In this document: positions 13,076 through 25,938 of the stretch, in pieces
Numbering within the stretch: the stretch's first letter is position 1
How the letters are laid out: each line of letters starts with the position of its first letter
Assembly (NCBI RefSeq): GCF_006345805.1
Contig: NC_042999.1
Coordinates: 124,372,001-124,436,000, forward strand
DNA: 64,000 nucleotides
Direction: 5' to 3'
Source: Octopus sinensis
Taxonomy: Eukaryota
Position numbers and translations under genes: made by a program
Notes under the pieces: generated by a model
Seen by the model: the letters and a program-made list of their open reading frames with translations, nothing else
Database searches by the model: none
Told to the model about the DNA's origin: nothing

Positions 13076-13214
13076 TAAGAGAAACTTGAGTGCATACTTT
13101 GCTGGAAATTCTTTACCATTTCATAGATTAAAAGAGATTACTAGACTACTATTACTAAAAAAGTGTGAAACAAATGTCAAGCGGTTTTTAAATTCTATAG
13201 GTTATTTCACTGAT

Positions 13215-13455
13215 AATATTGTATATATATATATCTATGTGTGTATGTTTTTGTGTCTGTGTTTGTCCCCACATTACCACTTGACAACTGGTGTTGGTGT
13301 ATTTACATCGCTGTAAGTTAGCAGTTCAGCAAAAGTAACTGCTAGAATAAGTACTAGGTTTTAAAAGAATAAGTCCTGGGGTCAATTTGCTTGACTAAGA
13401 CTCTTCAAGGCAGTGCTCCAGCATGGCTGCAGTCAGATGACTGAAACAAGTAAAA
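13215..13455 (+). mobile_element. SINE family A 3' half
   Basis: Same tail as 53118-53522. Confidence 0.75.
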
Positions 13456-14434
13456 TAATTGAATAATGAATTCCAGAATATATTATGATTAGATACAAAA
13501 AAAACCGGAAAATACAGGTCACTTATAACTGGAATGCATTTCATTACAAGTTTGCTCTCCAGGGCAGATTTTGGGACAGAATAGCAATGAGAGTTTATTA
13601 TATTAGATTGTTCTTCTTAACTTAAGGCTATAGTAGAGCATTTCTTCTCTGTATTAAGAAATAAAATACAGTAATAAAGAAAAAATCAAAATAAAATATA
13701 AATCTTAATCTAGTTTTGTTGATATTGTGTTTAGCATAATGGGAATAATATTTGATAATTTTTTTACTAACATCATCTTTAAATAATGTATAAAAGACAC
13801 TGAGGTTAGAAATAACAGATTAACAAACAGCTAGCAATAGTAAGAGAGAAAAAAATCACCAAGGGGATGATCAGATTACCAAATTTGTCAATGGTGACAT
13901 CAAGTGATTAATTGTTGTCCATTAATGAGAAGAAAATAATGGGGAAACTGATCTTAAACTTATAACAAGTCTTTTGGGGAGATTTATTAAAAATTTGTAG
14001 TTAAAATAAATATTTTATTGAGACTGTGACATTAGAAGTCTCTTAAATAGCATTCGGCTGTCGTACTGAATCTCAGTGGCAACCACAATATTGATTTATA
14101 ACTTCGAGACAAAGTTACACAGTTGCAAAGAAATGGTATAGTTAATCAAATAGATGTCAATATATAACTGGTATATGTTTGAGTTTATTGTGTGAGTGTT
14201 GTTATATTTGGGGTTGGTCATTTATTGTGTGTGTGTGTGTGTTGTTATATTTGGGGTTGGTCATTTTTGTTTTTGCCAGTTAATCATACGCTTTATATAC
14301 TCATTCTTCACTTCAGCTTTATAATTATTATTATTATTATTTTAGTGTCTTTTGTACTGAAATCTTTCATCACATATCTTGTGACCTCTTCAACTACTTT
14401 CCATCCAACATGTCTCCGCTTGTTCTGATAGTCC

Positions 14435-14477
<43 letters not shown>

Positions 14478-15207
14478 CTAGCAGTATAACCCGGCCTTGC
14501 TCGGGATTAAGTTACGATTATTAAGCTAATCAAGTTCTTTATTTCAAACCAAACTAAGTAATATAGACGTCAAATTTGGGCGGAATCCATTGAAATTAGT
14601 TATTATATATATATATTATATATATATATAATATAATATAATATAAATATATATGGGCAACAGACACGAACACACATATACACACATACGTACACCTATT
14701 GCATGTTTTGTGCATGCATACATGTTCATAAATAGAAATGAATGGAAAAAATGTTGTTAAATTTGTAGATTAACACTCGCACGATTTTCCCTAAAGTATA
14801 TTATACTATGATTATAAAATATAGTGTCTTTCAAAAACAAAAAACAAAACATTTTACTTTTATTTTATTTTTTATGAACGTCATAACTTACTCTCTCTCT
14901 CTCCCTCTCTCACTTTGTCGTTCCCATGAAACTCTCTGCCTCCTTCTTCCACTTTTCTTTATCTTTTTTTTTTTAGACGCCATCAAAAAAGCCAAGGCTG
15001 ATATTTTTCGTGGCTATGTCTGAAAATAGATATTTACGATATCCACGGGTGCCACGGGTGGAGATGGGGGGAAATAAGTTGACAAAACCCCAGATAGGAT
15101 GTTGACAAATGTCCTCCTAAAATTGGAGTGATATGCGTGCTAATTTGTAGACGTGCATAAATTACAATCACGTACACACACACACATCCTCCCTTTTATA
15201 GATATGA
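14478..15207 (-). mobile_element. Non-autonomous Helitron
   Basis: Minus: A|TCATATCTATAAAAGG...CCCGAGCAAGGCCGGG hairpin, then TTATACTGCTAG|T; inserted in (TA)n. Confidence 0.75.
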
Positions 15208-15326
15208 TATATATATATATATATATATACTAAGAATTAATATAAACAGTCAGGCGCAATGTGATACCATAAAGGAATAAATTAGCCGTCACTAAGTGTC
15301 ATTTGGGGTGCCAGCACACCTACATT

Positions 15327-15428
15327 GCTAGAAATAGAAGTTAAAATACTCTTAATGCTTCCCTGTCAGCATATATCTACCTGCACTCATCCTACAGCAT
15401 TAAGAGTATTTTAACTCTTATTTCTAGC
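15327..15428. repeat. Hairpin element
   Basis: GCTAGAAATAGAAGTTAAAATACTCTTAATGCT / AGCATTAAGAGTATTTTAACTCTTATTTCTAGC. Confidence 0.8.
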
Positions 15429-15439
15429 TATATATATAT

Positions 15440-15660
15440 ATATATAGCATTCCACAATGTAACTACATGTGGATTATTGGCAATTTTTTTCATCTGTCTT
15501 CCTTTTCTTTTCAACTTTCCTCTGTCTACTGCTTCTGAAGAAAAGCTTTGCTCGAAACGTAAAACATCCTTTCTTTCCTTCACTGAGCGTCTTATTAATA
15601 TTTTGCATGTACCACGTCCTCATGTTATTGTTCTTTCTTGTGTCTTTCTCCATGTTTTTT
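15440..15660 (+). mobile_element. Penelope-like 3'/pLTR relic with a hammerhead-like core
   Basis: CTGAAGA-AAAGC-TTT-GCTC-GAAA-CGTAAAACATC at 15535-15568; homologous to ~61370-61520. Confidence 0.4.
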
Positions 15661-16039
15661 GATTAATGATATATATATATATATAATCAAGCAGACACCA
15701 GAGATACACTTGTATGTGTGTGTTGTTGCTTGTGTGTGTGTGTGTGAATACATGTTGAACCAGGAACTTGGGTAGAAAATCATAGTTGAAAATAGCAGGA
15801 TTTGAACTCAAATGTAAAGAGGAATAACTAATAAGTCATCTTATTCATTACTTTACCAATTCAAACATCTACTTTTCCCACAATTTTGTTCACTAATGTG
15901 TTTTATAGTTAAATCTTAACAACCATGAAAAAACTAATAACTCAAATAAATCAATGTTTTAACAGTAGCCAGAGAAAAGCATTGTTTTGTCTGCTTATCC
16001 TCCTTCTCTTTTCCTCATTATCATCGTCATCATCATCAT

Positions 16040-16090
<51 letters not shown>

Positions 16091-17948
16091 GTCATCATCA
16101 TCATCTTCATCATTCTACCATCACCTGTTCTACACCAAGCATTAATTTTTGAAAATTATGTATGACATATTGTCATTCCTGTCATTAGTGTCATCCTGTC
16201 TATGATGTTCAACATCCTTATTACCTCATCTTATGCCTTCCTTATCTTTTGCTAAGCCTTTTGCTTTCATTGCCCCTTTTATTTATTCTTCTTCACATCA
16301 CCTACCTATTCTATCACAGCTATCATTTATGCACATAGGAGCTCATGCCTTTACGTCCAAACAATTCTCTCACCTCACTCAAATTAACATTGCCTATCCT
16401 ATGCAATTCATTCCTCACTTGCCTCTTCAAGTCTTCATTTAAAAATGAATAAAATAGTATGATTATCAGAATTTATAAAACTGATTATAAACTGTGATCG
16501 ATTTTTTGAAATATTTTTTCCAGTTTCCATTTTTTGTCTTCAGTATTTTTTTTAGCGTTTTTGAAGTTTGTAGTATCAAACCCACCAACTTTTTGTTACT
16601 TATAAATCAAAGCTTTTTTTTTTAAACTTTGATGGTGCTTCTCCAATCCCAAGAAAAATTTGCCCCTAAGTATTTGACATTTTATGCTTCAATATAACTG
16701 TCCCAGAAAAGGTTCTCTGGTTTATTGATCCTAACGTGATTTTTTTGTAAATTGATTCAATTAAGTTAATCAGCACTTAATCAACCTGTAAAAATCAATC
16801 AAAGTAAGTGCACAATTCACTTGTAGCATTCTATACTGATTCATTAGTTCTCTTTCTATTTCTTTATTTAAAAAATTTATTTTTGTCTTATTTTTACGTG
16901 TGTTTTTTATTTCTCTTTTTGCCAATTTGAAATTCTGAAGGGAAAGAATTTTGGTCAATTCTGCAAATTTAAACGTCATGCATCATTAAAAGTTTTCTTT
17001 TTCACATAGTATTGATAACTTTAGATGCTTGACTACCACTATTTTTATAATTCAATTATTTTTACCATATTAATGAAGTTCAATAAAATTAATGAAAATT
17101 AAACTTTAATGCATTTTTCTGAATTCAAATATGTTTTATTTTTTATCGTTCATTTTAAATTCTTCAATTTTTCCATCCAAACTCATTTGATTTAAAATCA
17201 TTCTCGAACTCGTGAATATCAAAATACATAATTGTTAAAATTACTTTGGCTTGAAATAACCAACAGACAGTGGTATTCTGAATGCAAAACCCAGAACGAT
17301 AGCAATATATTTTGAGCTGTAGTCTTTGTCATTACCACAAATGCTTCCACAACTGCCACCACCACCATGGTCATGATGATGATCATCATCATTATTTTAT
17401 ATTCACTTTCCAGACTAGCGTGGATTAAAACAAGCTGTCACAGATAGAGTGACTTCATATTTGAAGTTAATACCCCCACCCCAGATGGATTGGTGACCAC
17501 ATCTCACTCATTTTTGGCATGGTTTCTGCGTTTTGATGTCCTTCCTAATGACAACCATTTTACAGAATGTACTGGATGCAATTTATTGGAGCAAGACTAA
17601 AGAATCCTCTCTACTCTGTAGATGAAGAATGAGTCATATGAAATTACATTTCATAAGACCAATTCCTAATCACATATTTACTATGGAAAGGATGGTCTAC
17701 TTGTTTCATAACTGTCTTAATTTTTCTGCCAATGGTCAATTTTTCAATAAGTATTAATTAAGATCTATCTCACTAAAAATTCTCATATATTTATTCCAAC
17801 AAACATTATCAATTGGGCTCATATTGCATTTTTAATTACCATATGGCATTTAGTCTCATCAAACAATTCATTTGAGAACTATCAACTTCTCTAATAACAT
17901 TCTATTCCAATTTCACTCCCTTATTTTCAGCCTGTATTTGCTTCTTAC

Positions 17949-17980
17949 CTTTGCTAATTTTTTCTCCACAGAAGTGGATC
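17949..17980 (-). CDS. Candidate 32-nt exon (GSTSVEKKLAK or IHFCGEKISK), gene unknown
   Basis: Acceptor TGTTTCCTTCTCAG|G and donor AAG|GTAAGA; no recognised homology. Confidence 0.2.
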
Positions 17981-18569
17981 CTGAGAAGGAAACACAGAAC
18001 CTACATTTCAGACAGACAATTAAGATGAAAGGACATAAACTAAACTAATAACACAAAAGCCATGAATTCATACATGCCTCTGATAGTTTTGATTTATTTC
18101 TTAAGAAGGCACATAACTGAACATGCTTCAAGTTCTCTGTCATTCAGAAACATTTTAAGTAAGTGCTCTGTAAAGATTAAATAGGTTAAATTTGGTTTCT
18201 AAGAAGTGAAGCTTACAGTCTTTGTGTGTTTTTGAAACACACAGTCTCAAATTTCTCATCCACTTAACATTATTGGTACTAAAGCAGCTTTATTGAAACC
18301 TTGTGGCTCAAAAGAACATATCATATCTTACCAGTTGTTTCTAAATTATGCCTGGCCCTTTCATCATTTTAGATACTACTATGGTAACTGAATCCTTTTA
18401 AACTGTTATTGAGCATAATTACATATAAAAACATATTGAAGATTACATAATTAATAGTTAGAAATTAAGTTTATGGTTGTTTTATCTATTCTTAATTTGT
18501 TTTGCTTGATTTCATCCATTTTGTTACATCATAGTAAAGACTGTATCAGTATATTTTAAATTCAGAAAT

Positions 18570-18850
18570 CATCATCATCATCATTTAATGTCTGTTGTCC
18601 ATGCTGGCATAGATTGGACACTGACCAGAGCTGGTAAGCTGGTAGGGCTGTACCAGACTCCTGTCTGATTAAAGCATGGTTTCTAAGCTGGATGCCCTTC
18701 CTAATGCCAACCATTTTACAGATTGTGTTAGGTGCTTTTATATGGCGCCACATGGGTGCTTTAACGTAGTACCACATGAGCACTTTTATATAGCACTGCA
18801 CAGATGCTTTTATGTGATGCTGCATGAGCATTTTTATATGTTGCTGCATA
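18570..18850 (-). mobile_element. SINE-like family C
   Basis: GGATGCCCTTCCTAATGCCAACC core and (CAT)n end on plus. Confidence 0.75.
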
Positions 18851-19079
18851 TATCTCATATATTTTGTTTAAAGTGACCAGATTTTGGGCACGTAAAAGAA
18901 GAAAAACTTTAAAATAAAGCTTTTTCACCTTTGAAGTTTGTATTGCTGTTGTAAGTTTTGTATTGAAATTAACAAAAAAAATATCATTATCAGTAATATA
19001 AATTCAAAAAAAAAAAACTTTCCCTATAGAAAAAAAAGTACTAACCATCTAGACAGTACTTCTCTCAGTAAGTTCACAA

Positions 19080-20640
19080 ACAAAGTCTCTCCCTGTAAGC
19101 CTCATACATAAAGCTTGTACTTTTCTTCTTTAGAGAAGTAAATTAAGACTAGCGCATACAACACAGATTTTTTTATATTTGCCAACAGACAATTTGTCTG
19201 TCTGCTTCAGATGAGGTTCTCTGATGCCTGGCATGTGGATGTTGTCTAAAACTAGTAGAGTGCCTCCTTTTACTTGCAATAACAATAAACTCTACAAGTC
19301 TTTCAAGTAATCGTATTTGAAATTTCCATTATGGCATTGGTTTCTTCCCAGCTGTCTGAGAAACATTGGAGCAAGACATAAGAATTCAGAGTCATACAGC
19401 CCAGAACGTTCATGAATACCTCCTTTGTCCACTTCCATGTTACACCCAAAGCAGTGTATGTTACTAGTATCAACTCCACCAATATAATGATTGTGCTCTT
19501 CAATAATTTCTAGCTTTTGTTTCTCTCAGCCCCATTTTGTGATTGGCTGCTTTCAAATTTGCAAAACTTACTGATGACAACAAAATTACGTTTCCTTATT
19601 TTTACACTCAACAGCAAGGCAATGAGTAAAATTGAGATGCTACAACATTGCATATCTGGAATAGTTTTTGTTTAACACTTCAGGGTAACACCTTTTAGTT
19701 TCTTGATATATTTCTGTTTCATGAGTGTTTTGACAGTACAAATTATGAAACAAAACTGGAGATATATAGATATTGTCAATGTAGAAGTGATAATCTATGT
19801 GTAAAATTAAGGAAGAAGTTTCATGACAACCCTTTTGTATTTTAGTCTATTGCTTTGCCTCCTCTTATACTTTACTCCTATACATGATAATAATATACAT
19901 ATAACCTAGACTTGGTTTACAGAGCATTCAAACTTCATCCTAAACTTATGCTGCTCTTCATTCAGTATATACAGCATATCTGAATATCTTCCCTGAAACC
20001 CAGACTTTCACCTACAGAAATTTCTTTCTTTGTAGTATACATTGACCACTGTGATAAGAGAGTGACAACACTTTGAAGCTTCTGAGAATCCATCAGGTTC
20101 ATCATTTTCAACCAAAAGTGTGTTCAGCATTAATAAAAATAGCATAAATCTACACATATAAAGCTGAAGCAAAGCATAGGGCATCCTGTGAGAGGTTTAC
20201 TTAGAATAATCAGTGAAACATGCATTGCTTTTTTATTAGACCCCATGTTAAGCAATGCCATTTCATTCAGCCTTAGACTAAGGTCTTTTTCTCAAGGTAG
20301 TTTGTATCTGTAATTTCACTTTACTATAACTTTTAGCTTCCTCCACAATTGCTTCAACGAGGTCTGGACTAAATAAGACCAAAAAGTAATCTACTGATTC
20401 TGAGTAATTCAGACTGATGTAATTTACTTCCCTGGTTTGTTTCAAAAATTAGAAATTATGCTCAAGACTTGTATCCAACTTAATATAGCATTAAGCTGCA
20501 GATCTTCATTGCCAAAGGAATCTAAAGATTTGGTATCTTCTGTTTCTAATTCCCTATAATTTGAAGAATACAAGTTAGAGTCATCATATTCTTCAGCACT
20601 AGCACTGGATATTTTCACAAAATAAAAATAAAATTATCAA
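19080..20640 (-). pseudogene. Decayed piggyBac-family (PGBD-like) transposase
   Basis: Motifs in the expected order on minus, with stops and frameshifts: VDYFLVLFSPDLVEAIVEEAKSY; EMALLNMG; ISVGES (~20010, first catalytic D lost); YHFYIDNIYISP (~19775); EEHNHYIGGVD (~19475); TWKWTKEVF...NSYVL; KICVVC (Cys-rich tail). Confidence 0.85.
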
Positions 20641-21435
20641 AAGTCTACCGTAACTAAAGGCTCCCACTCTGTGTATGTGTGCATGTGTGTGTGTGTGTGT
20701 TCATGCATGCGTGTGTGTGTGTGTTCATGCATGCATTCGTGTGTCCATGTGTGTATCCGCTAAAATTACTTTTAATAGTTGCATTATTATGATGTGAGAG
20801 CAGGCAGTGATAATTACTCGTAGTATTACACTGTAACAAAATTATGCTGCAAAAGAAGGTGTATCAGTTTCATAGTGTAATGAAAGCAAAACAGCAGGGC
20901 AGCGGCATACTTTCAATATAGCAAAACACAACGAAGTCTACTATTCACAGAGGAAAAAAAATTAAGGAGGTAGATTTAACAAACCATAAGTTATTGTGCA
21001 ATTGCAACTATGTTTATTTACAGCCACAATGATGGCTTAATGCAATCTTACAGAAAACCAAGATAGTGACTTTTACCAAGATAACAGTTAACAAAATGTA
21101 TCTACTACTTAAAGTGAACTATTAGTGTAGACAATAACAATTAATTTAAGGCCACTTTTGTTGCTCTTGTTGATTTAGTGTGTGAAATTTGATACATAAC
21201 TTCTAGAGTAATTCATTTCAGACACAACACAATTCTAAATTTCATCTATGTTTTCAAGTAAATAACTTACATTGCTGTCTTTTATACTGAAATCTTTAAT
21301 GTCCTTATATGTGATTTTATTAAAGCCTTTAGGAGTCATTAGATCATTGCATTTTCCTTCATCTTTTCTCAACAAATATTTTTACTTGATAAGAAACTTT
21401 GGTATATCAATAGATAGATAGATAGATAGATATGA

Positions 21436-21629
21436 CTAGGGTGTTAGAACACTTACATTGCAACAAATAAGAGCTGAAAAGTTCTAATGCTGTAGTTAAA
21501 GCACATAATTGTATACATATGTACCGACAGGGACTGTAATTGCCCAAATGCACCAGTCAAGAATTACCTATACTGATTGGTCAGTTTTGGCTAGTTGTGT
21601 AGCGATTCAGGCAATTATAGCCCCTGTTA

Positions 21630-21664
<35 letters not shown>

Positions 21665-21738
21665 ACTATTTGCTTTAACAACAGAATTAGAGCCTTTTAC
21701 CTCTTATTTCTGGTAATGTAGATGTTCTAACACCCTAG
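21436..21738. repeat. ~300-bp imperfect fold-back element
   Basis: CTAGGGTGTTAGAACA... / ...TGTTCTAACACCCTAG outer arms; inner arms ACAGGGACTGTAATTGCC / GGCAATTATAGCCCCTGT. Confidence 0.75.
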
Positions 21739-21857
21739 ACATACTTAGTGACAGTTATAGTTTTCCTTTTGGGTAACACATTGCACGTAGTTGTGTGTGT
21801 GTGTGTGTTTATATATATATATATGGAGAGAAGTGTATTCCCATGCCGGAAAAATAT

Positions 21858-22037
21858 AGAAGAATTTGTTTGGGGGTTTGAAAATGCCCCTGAATCTCAA
21901 AATGTGTAATCGTTTTTAAATTTTGCAATAGATTTATTCAAATACCAAACTGGTTTTGACAATCTATAACCAAATTTAAAAACAACTACATGTTTTGAGA
22001 TTCAGGTGCATTTTCAAAGCTCAAAACAAATTTTCTT
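21858..22037. repeat. ~180-bp hairpin/MITE
   Basis: TTTGAAAATGCCCCTGAATCTCAAAA / TTTTGAGATTCAGGTGCATTTTCAAA. Confidence 0.75.
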
Positions 22038-22059
22038 ACACAAATATATATATATATAA

Positions 22060-22272
22060 ACGGGGAGGTGCTGAAAAATTTCTGGCTTTGGGTAAAAGAA
22101 AATATAGGAGGATCAGCTAATTATAATTTCATTCAACATATTTGCCTCTCAGATTCACACACTTATTGTTGTCGTCCTTCAGTTTTCCCTAAGCCCTGTA
22201 AAAGAACTCGGAAGGTTGGGCCTCCAGCCAGGCTTTTTGTGATACCTTAAAAGCAAGGAACTTTTCAGCATC
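22060..22272. mobile_element. Mariner-type MITE
   Basis: TIR-like ends GGTGCTGAAAAATTTCTGGCTTT / AAAGCAAGGAACTTTTCAGCATC, flanked by TA. Confidence 0.6.
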
Positions 22273-22435
22273 ATACATATATATATATATATATATCAAC
22301 AATAATAATAATAAGGATTATTATGAAGTGGTATAGCAAACATTTGGAGTAATCTCTTACTATTTACGTGTGTGTGTGTGTATCTATATATACATACCTT
22401 TAAAGCAAGGAACTCTCAGCATCGTCTCATATATA

Positions 22436-23468
22436 TCTCTTATGATAAAAGGCAGATTTTCTCTGTCTGTGACTGTTCGTTTGCTATACGATTGTACAAT
22501 ATAGAATTTCTTCAATTGGAATTTAGCTATGATTTTTCGAAGTAGATTCGATTGGGTCATGGCATATAAATTTTTTTCAATTAAGCAAAAATTCGATAAA
22601 ACTCAATATTTTACGATTTGCCTCTCTCATTTCAACTGCTTTACTCTTTCTATTACCACACTTTCTGCTACTTTCTCTTTGCAAGTGTATACCACTCTGA
22701 TATCCTCTTTCTACCACTCTTATTCAACATCACACATTCTACTACTTTCTCTTATTAATGCTTAAACCACTCCTCAAAAAAAGACAGAGAGGAAACAGAG
22801 AAAAAAATAAATACATAACGATTTACTCCTCACACACACACATAGACACGTAAACATATACATATATGACAGTGACAAACACAAACGTTTCAAACAACTA
22901 CATGCAAACACTCAAACACACACACACACACGTGTGTGTTTGTTATTAGTAAAAAAGGCGCCAAACACAATTCACTTTCTCATTCGAACACATTTGCAAA
23001 CACACACCAACAATTCACTCACATATGGTGAGTAGATGCTATTGTTCTATATTTTATAAATTACCCATATTTACTTACCCATGCTTCATTCCCCTCTTGC
23101 CTACATAGGGCATCCATTCTCTTTCAACACAGCATGAAGTTTTGTAACAGCACATCCGCTGCCGTTTGTGGAAAACGAAGAGACCCTATTCACCTACGAA
23201 CGTTTTACACCGCCGTCCACGACTATCAAATTCTTACAATTATGAGAACAATAACATGGCTCTTTTCAAGGCAACCTTGCATTCAATTCTTACACCATTC
23301 TACGAGGGGGTAGGAACCCCTTTACACGGCTTTCTATACACTTACAAATACATTCATTCGCCGTAAACTTATATCAATATTTGCCTGAATAATCATCATA
23401 ATTCAGTGCAATCATTAACAGTACTTTCAAGCAATTCAGCCCCGAGCAACGCCGGGTAATTCCGCTAG
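22436..23468 (+). mobile_element. Non-autonomous Helitron, ~1 kb
   Basis: A|TCTCTTATGATAAAAGG start; CCCGAGCAACGCCGGG hairpin, then TAATTCCGCTAG|T. Confidence 0.8.
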
Positions 23469-23957
23469 TATATATATATATATATAATTGTCTCAAGAAC
23501 TTATAATCCTTTAAGGGATGCTAGCATCTTAGTCCTCTTGCTTATACCAATGTTCAGTGAGAACTAAACATATTAGTTTTGCATTGATATATATATAGGT
23601 ATTTAAAATATTTATGAATGAGAAAAAAGAAGAAAATGGGAGAAATTGACATGCAGACATCAGTTTATTTAAAGATATTCAAATCCATATAATGAAATTC
23701 CAGTCCTACAGCTGTTTCCATATCCAATTAATTAAATTACAGAAATCAAATTAAATTAAATTAATTCAAATTTTCATGTTAAAGCTGGTTAATTGGGTAT
23801 TTCATAAGGGAAGAATTTTCCAAAAGAGAGTTACATTTCAACGTGTTAGTTGACCTATGACAGACTCAGATGTATGCATTTTAGAATGTGTGTGTTGTTT
23901 TTAAAAATAAAAGTTATTTTCATATATATACATATAAACAAATATATTTGATATATT

Positions 23958-24466
23958 TGTTCACGTGCATATATGGCTGAAGCTGGAAGACCAAAAATGG
24001 CTTGAAAGTCATGAGATGCCGGCAGGAAAATAACATCACTAGGTGAGACAAGCTGACACTGAATTAGCTTCGCTGATTGACAGGTGACAGTCTTGTTTAG
24101 AGAATGCGTGGGCTAAGACTACGTGCCTCCATTGGTCAGTTAAAGTTGAAACAGTGTCACATAACAACTTGCTGGGGCTGCCTGCTGGAGCCTAGCAGCA
24201 GGTATTTAAAGGGAAATTTGACAAGACAGTCAGTTGCCCGCTGACACTCGTTGATACTACATCCAAGAGGCAAGGGAACAGAAGAAAGAAGAAGAAAGAA
24301 GACATGCATCCAACATCAGAGCTGAAGACAGCTCCGAAAGGCAGGGGCCCCACCACATCAAAACGGTAGAGGAGTAAGGGCTGAAAGCGGATGTGGTTCC
24401 TCCTGATGATGTCTTGAGCGAACTGGGTCCTATAAAGGAGCTGTTGTGGTAGCAGACCACATAACA
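23958..24466 (+). mobile_element. GC-richer ~510-bp element, possible solo LTR or pLTR
   Basis: TGTT...AACA ends, internal TATA/Inr, lies inside an inserted block; no TSD found. Confidence 0.3.
24203..24235 (+). promoter_or_regulatory. TATA + Initiator core promoter-like motif
   Basis: TATTTAAA at 24203 and TCAGTT at 24230 (A+1 = 24232, so TATA at -29); ATTGG (reverse CCAAT) ~70 bp upstream. Confidence 0.35.
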
Positions 24467-24844
24467 CGGTTGAAATTCCTTCCTACATGATGTTTTTTAT
24501 TGGTGGTGGTGTGATAGTTAAGGCTAAAAAGATGTTATAAGGTGAGAGCAAGATCAAAGCAAGTGAGAGAGAAAAATGGGTAGGAAAAGAATGAGGACAA
24601 GAGTGGTAACATTCAAGTAGTTGTTCATGTGTTTGTTAAAATACTGAAGACAACAAAAAATATGACGTATCAAAACTGCTAGTTAATTACCATATGATGG
24701 TGTTGTGCCATCAATATTTGTGCATAAATCTATACTCAATATAAACTTTGTAAACAAAAACAAAAAACTAGATATTATCAGATACTATTTATAGATAATT
24801 TATATTAAAACTAAGTACACTAAAGTTGTAATTATTATTAAGAT

Positions 24845-24935
<91 letters not shown>

Positions 24936-24961
24936 CAGATATAGATATACATATATATATA

Positions 24962-25007
<46 letters not shown>

Positions 25008-25070
25008 ACAATAATAATAATAAGGATTATTACAAAGTGGTATAGCAAATGTTTGGAGTAATCCCTTATT

Positions 25071-25104
<34 letters not shown>

Positions 25105-25801
25105 TGTGCATGTTTGTGTGCATGCACGCACACGTGTGTGTGTGTGTGTGTTTAAAATATATTTCATGTATTTTCATGGAAGCTTTATGCTCTTGAAACT
25201 CTTGCTGTAATTACACGTAACAGATTTTCCCATTGAGTTCCATATTACATAGCATGAAAGTCAGTAGGAAAATAGGTTTCTCGTTAAAAGATCTCCCAAT
25301 ATATTAAGACTTTTCAAGAATGCAAAGCTGCAATTATACAAGGGACACCTTTAAATAAAACATATTCCAGTCAACTAGAGTAAAATATAAATATACTCCA
25401 ATGTTCTGAATTTTGTCTTATTCAAGTAGTGTTAGCATATCAGTTCTTTCTTAACAATTGTTAATCTAATAGTATTATGCAAATTAGCTCATTTTGTTTT
25501 AATTAAGATGTAGCTATATGATTACAAGCTGGTGGGGGAAGGGGGTCTACGCATAACAGCAACTAGAATTGAGTGAACTCTGTTTGAAAATGCTTCTAAA
25601 AAAATCTGTGCTGTTAGTTTGACACCCATGCTATGCTATCAAGCACTTGTGTTATACTATTTGAATGGCATGTTTTAAAAATATATTTCATCTCGGCATG
25701 TATGATTATCAAAAATTCATGCTGGGTTGGTGTATTAATAATTTATTCATTAGTCTGAGCAAACAAAGCAGTACTTGTGACCTTTTTAGGTTTTTCTTTA
25801 G

Positions 25802-25938
25802 AAAGGGATCAGTTTGCAGTTGCAGCAGAAATTATGGTAGTTGTAAGAAGAAAATGTAAATATGTTTACACAGCTCATTATGTAGGTGAATGTGAAGAAC
25901 ACACCATTTCAGAAGTGAGATACATAAACTCATATAAG
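25802..25938 (+). CDS. Candidate 137-nt internal exon, unidentified protein
   Basis: Acceptor TTTTTCTTTAG|, donor AAG|GTTTGT; open frame (E)RDQFAVAAEIMVVVRRKCKYVYTAHYVGECEEHTISEVRYINSYK in non-repetitive DNA. Confidence 0.35.

Noticed and set aside
16440-18100. Possible LINE relics (VKYLG on minus; KGHKL on plus)
   Set aside because: Isolated short motifs; too degraded to call a family or boundaries.
24330-24430. CTGAAGA..CGAAA and CTGATGA..GAAC as hammerheads
   Set aside because: Helix II does not pair in the first and GAAA is incomplete in the second.
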